Shown here: one piece after another, positions 25,901-37,900 of the stretch
Layout: every line of letters begins with the position of its first letter
Position numbering within the stretch: the stretch's first letter is position 1
Assembly: GCA_044892525.1 (NCBI GenBank)
Contig: CM097888.1
Coordinates: forward strand, 37,448,001-37,512,000
Length of the DNA: 64,000 nucleotides
DNA from: Schmidtea polychroa
Taxonomy: Eukaryota
Direction: 5' to 3'
Position numbers and translations under genes: made by a program
Notes under the pieces: model-generated
The model's input: the letters and a program-made list of their open reading frames with translations, nothing else
The model's database searches: none
What the model was told of the DNA's origin: nothing

Positions 25901-28900
25901 CATACCAAATTTGGCTTGCAATCTTCGATGTGTTGCTTCAACGTAGTTGTTGGTGCAATTCTCTCCATTCGCTGTTCTCTCGTAAACAGACCACATATGA
26001 TGAGGAAACAATGCACGACGTTGAGTTCGATTTTGACGTCCTATGTAGACATCATCAAACCAATTTAACCACTTAATGTACACATTTATTTTGAATTTTG
26101 TGTCAAAAACTTGTTTCTATACGAATATTAGAACTCCTAAGTAAATATGTATAATGTTCGCCCTTCTACGGCACGAGCATGTAAAATATCATAAGTAAAT
26201 ATAATGTTCGCCCGTCTATGTCACGGGCGCGTACAAAATTGCCAGTAAGATGCGCCCGTATATGTCACGGGCACGTACATTAAGTGGTTAAGATTGGAGT
26301 GAGGTCGTCCGAAATTTCATTTTCTAGTGCCTCAAAAGCCACATCATTTCGATTGGAACAAAGGAGAGCGCGATTTTCATTCTGGCGACCAAAGCGAAGT
26401 CAGGATCCGTGTTATATCTTCGAAGAAGACCTTCTCCTGCTAGCTTCTTACGCACATTCTTCGTCAAATGAAAGATGCATCCATGAATTGCACAATTCGG
26501 AAACGTTCAATAGTTACAATGGCAGCATGTTCAAAGTCAGTTGATATTGACGAAGGATTGAGATGTGGCCACAAATCTTTAATGGCTTCAAACAGTCGTT
26601 AGTAAGTTCTCCCTTCTTTATTTGGTATCAGAGCATACTAAACCAGTACCATGAATCCTCCTCTTGTCGCCATGATTAATTATATCTGTGAGAAAAGGGC
26701 TGAATGTTCCGTCAACATAAAGTTTTCCATCGGGTTACTCCACTCACCATTCGACTGTCGGCTAAAAAGAAGAATTCGATTTTCGTCCTTTTCTCTCGAA
26801 TCCCATAAAAGAAATTCTTCCATCTGATCTGGTGCGACTTCGTACATCCTATATGTCTCCGAAATGATAATTGAAGCACGATTGACAGGTTTTGGAGGAC
26901 TACTTGGTTGTCGTTTCTACTCCGCTGAATAACCTTGCGAATGGCGTCTTTGTTTGGCATCTTCGCTTGAACGGCAGTCGAGGTTCCTTGGAAAGCACTG
27001 TTGAGGATAACTGATGGGATTTCAGTTGTCTCTGTTGCTCTTCTTTTGATTCCACTCATTATCCTGGCAACTTCTGTGACTATGCTGGTTTATCTGCATC
27101 AGAACACGATCATTATCGATTCTTATGTGTAAACGGGCCTTGCACTCGTTCTTAAGCTCAGATCGCCAGAACTTCTTGGAATGATCTACACTGAGCTTAT
27201 CGAATACATAAAAATGATTCAGCTTTTCTTTGCCATACTTCGATGGTGCTTTTCCATTTTACGGGTTTAACAGAATTATAATAATATTATAATGATATAT
27301 TTATCTAACTCAACTTAATTTATGATTTAGTCGAGAACAATCTTACACTTTTATAGATGTGAAGCGCACGTATGATTGGGCAAGAGAGCGCCAAATGTCC
27401 TGCGCCAAAACATACCGTAGTTTTCCATAATTTAATTAATTATAATTGTTTATTCGGTTTTTTTATCCAAATATATTATTGAAATTATAAGAAAATTAAA
27501 ATTAAATTACCTTCAAAAAGTTTAGACTATACACATTTTGGGCATGTTTTTTTTAAATGAACAAATAATTGTGAACTAAATTTTGCGATATATATATATA
27601 TGAGATGATCTTTTCTTGGATTTGAAAAACATTGTAAATATTTTTAAGGAAATCAGCCACGAAATCTTGGAGCTTATGTCTTCATAAGACACTTTAAAAT
27701 AACCTTACTCGCACTGCCTTAAGTTTTATATAACTTCTCTATGTTTGCTATGTTTGCCGTCAAAAATGCAACAGTCATTTTGATTGGTATTGGTATAAGT
27801 ACCAATGATAATGAAAAACATTGTGATTTTAGATAAAAAAAAACAAAATTAAGAACCTAATGATATTTATTATATTATCAAAACAAATTTCATGACATTG
27901 TTGTTGGATAAAATAACCTGGAGTAGGGATTTTCAAACAAAATTATAAAACCAGTCATTTTGACTGTCGTGGCAAATCTAGTGTTAACAACATATCCAAC
28001 ATCTCCAAAACTATTATTAAATTTTGATTTTTAATTTATTTAACATTCAGAAAATGTCCGAGGATAACGATTCGAACGAAAATTCTTCAGAAAACGACGA
28101 AAACTATGATGGGACAAGATTAGGTGATTCTCAACTGAGATCCCGTTCATCTAGAAATGCCTTGATAACTCATTTGCAAGTTCGAACATTGTGGCTGAAT
28201 TTTCCTGCTCCAAAAAAATTACCAAATAAAAAGAGAATTAATATAACAAGGGATGATTGGAATCTGTTAAGTACAGCTACGCCGATGATAAAATCGTGGA
28301 TGGATCCATTTTATCGACTGATCCGTTCATGTGATAAGCTGAAACAGTTGACAGAGAGGCGGCAACTTGCAGTGTTAGCTTGCCTTATGACCCAAATTTC
28401 ACACGTGGAAATAAGTCATTTTAGTAATATAATGTTTGGTCATTGTGATAAAGTAATTTTATTTTATTGGTTTATTTTTTAATTCATATTAAAATTTTGT
28501 TTAAAAATATTTTATCGTTTTAAGTTTAACCATATATTTTTACACTTTCGAATCCTGTACGAGTTAGAAGCATTTCAATAACGTAGATTTTGATCATTAA
28601 CTTTATAATATAGATAAGAATTTATTTCATTAGTAAATATATAATTCCCGAAGCAAGTTTTCATCACCTTCACAGTTCAATAGACAAATCTCTAGTCTCA
28701 TGCGACCTCTGAAAATCGACATTGAACAAAAATTGGGTAATTGGCATATTTTGAGGTAGCTTTTAAGGAAAATCTCATGAGGCTGGTGACACTTAACAGG
28801 TTAATGTTCATTCGGATATTCTTACAAATCCAAAAGTAAAAACCTCGGAATTTAAGATGATGAAAAAACTGAACTAATGTTGGAAAAGAAATTACCTTCT

Positions 28901-31900
28901 ATTCTGTTACCTATGTTTGAAAAAGATTATTTCAAAAATTATAATGATCCGATGATCAAGGTAGAAAAGGAAATTATTAATCAAAGATAATTTCATATTT
29001 TAATAAATGTTACAATTTTACCAGGTTGAGTCAAAAGATATTTTACTTTTTATGTGAATATTTTGTGTACACAAATTGTTATAACTCTGATCATATTATT
29101 CATATTATGATCTGGTACAAAATATTCTTAAATAACTAAAAAACATGAATAACCTTTGACTCAACATGATATTAAATTTTTCTAATAATTAATATTTATT
29201 TGTTAAAATTTTGATGAAATAATTCAATTTCGTCTAATCCGGATAAAAATTTATAGGTCATTTATGAAAAAAAAATGTATTGAAATATTTAGATCCAACG
29301 AAACTTAGATGATTTTGTGGTTTTTCAAATTAAATTTTTACTTCTTTTTGCTCCTGGTAAATGTTCTTTCAAAATCTATATTTTTAAATAATTATAATGA
29401 AACGTTTTTTATAAATATTGAAATTTATATAAAAAACATTTCCTTTAACATTGAATAAATTTCGAGATTCAGTTTTTTGTCTTTCTCGCGATTTAAATAT
29501 ATATTGTCTGTAACAGAATATTTTTTTCCAATTTCACCACTGATTTTTTTCCAAGCTTCAAGACTATAAATCAGTAAATATATCAATGTTTTTGATTTCA
29601 ATGTCTTCAAGCTTTTTAATAAATGTAACAGAATAATTTAAAGATAGATAATTTCTACAAATTTTGGTTAATTGAAAATTTTTAATTTCTTTATCTAGGC
29701 TTTTAATTTTTATGACAAATGGAGAACAAGTCTTGCCAGAGCAATCCGATATGAACCCACTTGTCAAATTTTCACTTTAATCAGAATGTATCTTCAGTCA
29801 GACCCAAATTTAATTATGGAAATTGAGCGAAGTTTGAAAGATGATACTCTACCTCAAACAGTAACTTTACAAAGGGGAATTCTTGCTCTTACTCGACATT
29901 GGCAACACCTTGTTGAAGTAGACCCTCAATTGAAAATATCTCGTTTTCAAAATTTGAATGATATTAATGATTTCAACCATATAAATGTGGGCAGTATCCA
30001 AAGAATATGTACTCCTGGCGGATTAATCCATGTATCTACTGCTAACAGTCAACTATATCACTTCAATTCTGAAGAGCCATGTGTCAATAAATCACCCGTT
30101 TCGGATTATGCCCATGATATTTCCATTCAAAATAATGAAAATGTAAACGTCGAAAACCCGATTATGGAAAGATTTTTGCATGATGCCAATAAAGCCTCAA
30201 GCAGCAAATTTATGAAGGATCTAAATGAAAACAGTCCAGTATCAGTTGATTTCCAACTCGATCCTCAAGATGACGTTAGTTATTGCTTGTTGATTTTTGT
30301 AATTTGATTTCATCACTGCCTCGATACATACTTAAATTATGACAAAACATCTATTCTAAATCAACAAAATTTATCGCTATTTTATGAAAACAAACTTTAT
30401 ATTTTTTATAATTTTCTAAAATTAATTCATTTTAATATAAATTAAACTCTTTTTTTGGTTTTCACTATATCTTAGTGATATTATTAAAATGTCAGAAAAA
30501 AATTAATATTTACTTAATAAAAATAGAAATTGATCAAATATGATTTTGTGAATTTTCATATTTGGATCGTCAGTTTCACATGATTTTTAATTTGGTAACA
30601 AATTGACAAATATTTGTTTTATTAGCAACATGATTTGTCAAATGAAATGTTTGAAATATTTCTCTAGTGTAATTTTTACAGTTATTTTGAAGCACTTTCT
30701 TGACCTTTTGAAAATATTTGTGTTGAGGAGAATTGGTTTTGACATGGAATTCTATAAAAATTAGTCTTAAAATAATTTAAGAGTCGAAAATTGCATTTTT
30801 TTGCACTATAAAAATTAGTTATTCATGGACAAAAAAACTATTATTCTCGTATTGAATAACAATAACTACCTTAACTTGATTTATTAAATATAAACGCCAC
30901 TAGCCATTTGGTTTTCATCTTGAATCCCATTTGAAAAAATCCATTCCTATGAATTCAGGGTTTAGTAATAGACATACTCAAACATCGTGAATTCATGTTA
31001 AAAGTACTAAAAATTGGCCAGTTATTTGAGTAAGATAAAAATGCGCTATAATTGATGATGGGATATTTATATTTCAGCAATACCGTGATTATTGTGTTGC
31101 ATGACATTGGTACATCTAATAGTATCAAATTTATTTGACATGAACCAATTACACGTCAGTATTAACGCTAGGGGCGGAGATGTGTCAAAATAATTTATTT
31201 TTAAGCTTTTTTCAATTAAATCATAATTTTGATCTTTATGAAATAAATATCTTTCTTTCTACACTATCTTTCTTTCTCAGGCTGTTCAAAGATGCAATTT
31301 TGTCCGAGTATTTGGGAATGAGTCTACCAAAATAATTCTCTTTCTCTATCCATACTATGGGAGAACAATTCATTACTGGATCTTTGCATCGTGAGATGAC
31401 TCCCATTTCCTCAAGGCGTGATAATTCCTCGTTGATTCTTGTTTCCATTGCCAATGGTACGGTTCTATTTCTTTACAGAATACATTCCCGCCCTCTTTTA
31501 TTGGTATCATTGTGGCTTGAATTCCTTTGATTGTGGGAAGAAATGTACTCTTCATCGGGACATTGTGATTGCTGGTTTCTGCTTCTAAAAGATCTCTGCC
31601 TAAAAGACCATATGTTTTATCTGATTCAATAACAGTTAATGTTATGACCTGACGCTTGGTTTTAGTTTCTACATCAGAAAGAAACTGACCTCGGCACATC
31701 ATCGTATGACCATCGTATGCTGACAATCTAACTTGTGAATGGGTTAACTGAGGTTTACTTATATTCTCCCACATCCTGGACGATATTATTGACACATCTG
31801 CGCCCGTGTCAACCTGCATAAGCACCTCGTGCGAGTTTATTTGGCAATTTACTAGCTCTTTTCTACACGAATTAATTGCGATGATTGTTCCAATATCTGA

Positions 31901-34900
31901 GTTTATGCTTTCTTGATCCATAACGTGAATACTCGGTTTATTTGATCTACTTGATGACCTACATACTTCAGTAAAATGATTTAGTTTACCACATTTGGTG
32001 TAATTTTTCCCAAATTCAGGGCATTTGTCATGCCTATGTTCAGAACCACAATACTTACATTTCTCTCTTGGAATAAATTCTTTTCGTGAATAAAATGTAT
32101 TCATTTTTTGTTCATGTTCATTTGCTTTCTCGAAATTTGCAGTGAATATCTTAACCTGTTCCATGTCTTGTATGATCTCTTGAATATGTTCCACCGATAC
32201 TTCGCCGTGTCCTATTTTTTCAAGAAGGTATAATTTCGCTTTGTCGTCGTAAAGACCGGCTGTAACTGACATTCTTATCATATCTTCTACTGGATCTTTT
32301 GATTCTTTTAGTTTCTCGAACTCGCAGAATGGTGCGCCTTTCCGAAGTTGTACTATGAAATCTGAAATATTTTCGGATTTTTCTTGTTTTATCTTGAAAT
32401 ATCTGCTTCTTTCTGCTACAACCAACCTTGATTACGGATGTAAGTATTTCCTTATTGCTGATTCGATTTCTTCATATCTGCTCGTTTGAATTGTTCTTGG
32501 GGATAGAATTGATCGGATTTTGTTAAGTGCCTCGAACCCACATAAAGCCATGAAGTTGTCTGTAATTGATAATTTTGTTTCGGAAGCTGTCCATTGGTTT
32601 ATCCTAATTATCGCATTAAATGTGAGTAGCCACGTTTCGCATTGGTCTGCATTTGTGAGATTCATAGGTGGTCATGCTGCTCGTGACGCCATTGAAGTGA
32701 ATTGGGATAATACGTTTTAATTCAAAAATCTATTCTTTAAAAACATCTGTTTATTTAAACAATTTTAATAATATTAATTTCTTAATATTATTTCATGTCC
32801 TCCTCTAGAGCCCATTCTCCCAGTCTTTGCGGAGGTCTACGAATTCGATTGATCTTTCAAAGCTCGTTTTGAGAGGCAATGTGTATAACTTCTTCTGTCT
32901 GATCGTCGTTCATGTCTGGCGTTTCTTAATATTATTTCAAAAAGTAAAGAGGACCTGAAACAACTAGCCACAACATGAAAAAAACAAATCTCAGAAGTCC
33001 TAAATTACCAATATTTTTATTATAATATGTTTAGACTTGTTAAGCATAAAAAATTTTAACAAAATTAATCGAAAGAAAAATTTTTGAAATCAAGTTTTTT
33101 GATTAATTATAAAAACTTTTTTTCCAATTTCACCATTGATTTTTTTTCCATTGTATTTATTAAAAAGAGCTTGAAAACTGTAAATCAGTAAATATATCCA
33201 GAACATCGATATATTACTGATTTATAGTCTTCAAGCTCTTTATAATAAGTTTTTATTAATTCTTTTAATTTATTTAGTTTTGATTATTTGTGTTGCAAAT
33301 ACAAATGTATTTAGCTAGTGTTAATTAAAAAAATATTGATGGTTTTTGTTATAAGTATGTTGTAAATATAATATTGTAAGTAAATACTAAGTATTCGTTG
33401 TAAATTTAATTATTATATTATAATTCTCGGTTACGAGTGAACAAGTTGCGATAGCCGAAATTATCTTATGATAACAAAACTTGCTCTGTATTTTTCAGTA
33501 GTATATATTTGTTTTACAATTTTCCAATAAATGGAGTATCTAAACGCATTCGTTATTCTATGCAAAAAATATTGATCAATAATTTACCCAAATATTATTT
33601 TATTTCTAAGTGCAAAAATAAATATATAGGTATTCTTCGGCTTATTGTGAATAATTCACAGTGAAATCAGTCTTTTAATAAACAGCCAGCTTTCAAAACA
33701 TGGCAAATATTCTAGAAATGGAGTTATATTACTGTTAACCGTGGGTATTCTAAGAAAAATTGAAGCTCTTTGAAATCGAAATTTACATTGTTTTAAACAA
33801 TTAGAAAATAAGTATAATATATATAATATATAATAATAATATAATATTCACATTTTACATTCCCTTGTCATTAAATTAGGATTATTTTTCCGAAGGAAAC
33901 GCCTAAAAATAATTGTTTTCACCAAAGTTGTGAATGTATAATTCAAAATTGTATTCTATCTATCCATCTATTTAAGCTATGCTGTGACATCGGTAATATA
34001 TACTTTTTGTAACTTATAAGACAACCTACGGCACGCGGTGGAGTTTTCAATGGCATTTTATGTTTGTTTGTTTTTCAATTAAATATTTAAAAACTAATTT
34101 TGGGATCAAATTATTTTCATAAAGAACTGTATTATTTAATGTGGCAGGCATATACCATTACTTATTTGTAGAAAGAGATAAAAGTTGGATTAATTGACAG
34201 AGTGAATTGGTACACTACAGCTAAAAGGTTGTCGAACCCTGTTATTAAGCTTTCGAAATTTCTTAAGGATTTCATATTAACATTTTTAAATACTAATAAA
34301 TTTTTTAAGTGCATTTGTTATTTAGCTGGAAGAAAATTACCCAATCACAACGCCTCTTGTGCAGCAACCACTCAATCAAAATCAAATTCCAACAAACGAT
34401 AACAATGCTGCTTTCGTCACCAATCAATTTAAACAAGCAAACTTTCTCAGAGCTCATTTTCGATATATGGAAGAAGCACAAAAAGTATTTCGGCCATTAT
34501 TAGAAATTGTAGGATTGCATGTGAAAGTATGTTTATTGATATTTAGATACCTAAATATTAATTCTTTTATTATAGGGAGTTCGGAGAACAACTTTAATGA
34601 AAAAATTTGGTGGTTATTTTGGGGCCACTGGCCTACTGGATTCCTTTAGAATTGATATAATTCCATCTGAAAGTAATCCATTATCTCAGTACAATAAGCA
34701 ACCAAATGAAGTGGATGTTAATTCAAGGAATAGTGATCAATTAACATCTTTACCTAAGATGGTGGACTACAGCTTAAGATTTAAAACGCCAAAGCCTTTA
34801 ATTAACCGCTCTACATTTTTATGTGAACGTTTTTCTACCAAAATTACAATGAGAGATGTTATTGGATTTGNNNNNNNNNNNNNNNNNNNNNNNNNNNNNN

Positions 34901-37900
34901 NNNNNNNNNNNNNNNNNNNNNNNNNNNNNNNNNNNNNNNNNNNNNNNNNNNNNNNNNNNNNNNNNNNNNNNNNNNNNNNNNNNNNNNNNNNNNNNNNNNN
35001 NNNNAATTGTTTACTTAGTAATATTGGTATTATATAGGTTTGCAAATTATATTTTCATCATTCAGGGAAATACAACGGATTTAATAATCTGATTGATTTT
35101 TTATGGAGAAAAATCAAAAAATTAAGTAATATGGGATTTCCTATCACAGTGGTGTAATTTGGAAAATGATCGAATATTATCTACAATTTGGCATTTAAAA
35201 AATTTCGCTAACATTCAAAACAGTTTTAAAGTCTAAAAAATTGACAATCATACACAGATTTAAAAATAAGTATTTATGAAACATGAAAGGAAAATAAAAG
35301 ATTAAGCTTTAATTATTAAATTATTTGTGCTTAAAATCAATTAAAATCAATTTAGCGGAATTGTAAATATTTCAATAAATGTAATTTTTCAATAGAGAAA
35401 AGTCAATTTTCAGATAGCTTTGAAATAAAAATGCCATGTTGTCAATAAAAATAAAAGTTATGGTTTAATTTATTAATATATATAAATATATTTTTATAAT
35501 ATTTTTATTATTGTCATTATAAAGGTCTTGTAATAATAGTAAGTTATTTTTATAACATTCTTAGGAAACCATTAATGAATTAGATATTAAACCAACAACA
35601 ACACAAATTTTCGTCATTTTGCAAATTCAAGATATTCAGCAACACATCAACATGCCGCTTTTGAGATTAGTTCATCAATTCGTAACAATGGTTTATTGTG
35701 CTAATGATGCCCGTGAAGATATCGATAATCGTAGGCAAAATGATTGGACGGCCATGTATTCTAGGCGACATCAAAAGCAAAATTCTAAAGGTAGTTAAAA
35801 AACATTTATTATCTTTTTTTAAAAAATTCCTTGAAAATTTTGAAAAATGAGTTTATTCATAATCTTACTAGGATCTTCAAATGACACAGTAACAACTGGA
35901 GAAACCGGAAATTCCTCCAATGAAGTGAGAGCTCAAGATAATTATTATTCAACTTTACAAACAAATACTAAATCTGACAGTGTTAAAAATATTATTAAAG
36001 ACGAAGAATTCGGATTTCATTCCGATGTTTTGGTTGATGTTGATCAAGAAGATATTCCCATATGTTGGCGACAAATGTACAGTTTACTTGATCTCTATTC
36101 TCGTGTTCCGGAATTGAAAACCGTTAAACAACCTCCACCTAACAACAGTATTTTTCTCAGCCTGAATCGACGCTCATTTAGTTTACCTGTAAATACTTTT
36201 GCCGCCGCTACTCCTTTTGGCTTTCATATGCCTACTATTAAAGAGGAAATTGATGAAACATCAACTCGTAATGGTTCTCGAAATTCCTGTAAACAAAGCT
36301 CTTGTCGAACACCACAGGTGCACAGTGTCAAAAAGCATTTAGATAGCGATTCCAAAATAACTATGTCCATGACAAATGCACTTGAATCGTTGAAATCCTT
36401 TCCAACCGACACTTATCACTCAAAACATCAAGACACCACAGACAGAGGTCAAGTAGCCATTCAAAAATTCACCTTTCAGTGGGTTCACGGTGAAAGAATT
36501 CCTTTGGTCATTTTCTGTTCGGGCAAAGTGAAAAAAATGGGCCTCAGTGCAGTCTTAAGTGAATTGAATCTTGAAGGAAAGTTGTTGAATTTGCACTGCT
36601 CATATTCCCAGAAATCACGTGTTAAAGGTCGAGGAATGTTCACAGATAAATCATCTGATCACAGTTTAAGTCTCCATTGTGGGGAGCTTGAAACGATTCT
36701 TTTCGAAGAAATACCAACTCAAAAACTGGATGTAGTTCACATCAAAGGAAGCCCGTCGCATTTTGTGTATTCATCTAACAAGAAAAAGAAATCAGAAAAG
36801 AATTCCTGCTTTTTCGGATTGGGAAAGTTTGATATTGGATTGCCCCATCATCCAGTAAAACTGAAAGATATGATGCAACGTAGTGCCAAACGAATTAGTT
36901 CTACAATGACTGAATTCTTCCGGCCTTATAGTTCGATGTATAACTATCATGCTCATCCACAGTTTTGGGAAGGTGGAGGCTCTAGTGGAGCAGGCCCGGG
37001 AGACAAGTCAAATGATCCTAATCAAACACATTTTGAAACAGCCGCGTTTTTTTTGAATTCCTTAAATCCTACACAGTCAAGTGATTTTGTTGATTCCAAA
37101 GCTACCGGTCCAATAATTGAGCATCCTACTAAAGATCCAGTGGCAGTTAAACAGATAAATATGATAGTTACTGGTATGTCTAAAGGCCTTACAATTTCCG
37201 TAGCACTTCACCAAGCCTTAACTGCTCGTTATCAACTAGAACCGGTGTATATGAATGGCAAAATCGCTGCAGATGATAGCAAGTTAAATGTGTCTATTAA
37301 AAATCATTATTTAAGTTTCATCTCTGAAAATCCACCTCCTGGAGTTCCTAAAAGTGTTTCAATTCAATTGCCAAAAATCAGTACTCAAGTTTCTAAACGA
37401 ATTTCAAACGGTGGAAAATTTCTCCTTAATCAAGGCAAATTGACACAGGATTTAATTACCGAAGAAGGAAGTTATATTGATATTCTAGCATCGGTCTCAA
37501 CTCTTGAACATACTCTGGCTACATCGCTTTTAAGTTACATAGTCGTTACGGTGCAGTTGTTTGTAAAGGAAATCAATGAAGTCATTCAAAAAATGGCTGG
37601 AGAAGATCAAATTAAGCTTAATGCACAGACAAATGACGAGTTCAATAAATCTTTTTCCACGGACAATAAACTACTCAATCGAGCAGCGAGGGGAAATACG
37701 AAATTTTCATTTCGTGTTTCAATGGATGGCATTCGATTGATTGCTACAACAAAAAGCGGTGCTGTAAAATTTGAAACACAGCAAATCGATGTTGAACTAT
37801 CAAACCGAGTTCATTCCAGTCATGGAGAGGTCAAATGTAAAACTGCTAGCATGGATAATCGGTTTCGAAAATCATCGGACAAAAATAAGAAATCTGACAA

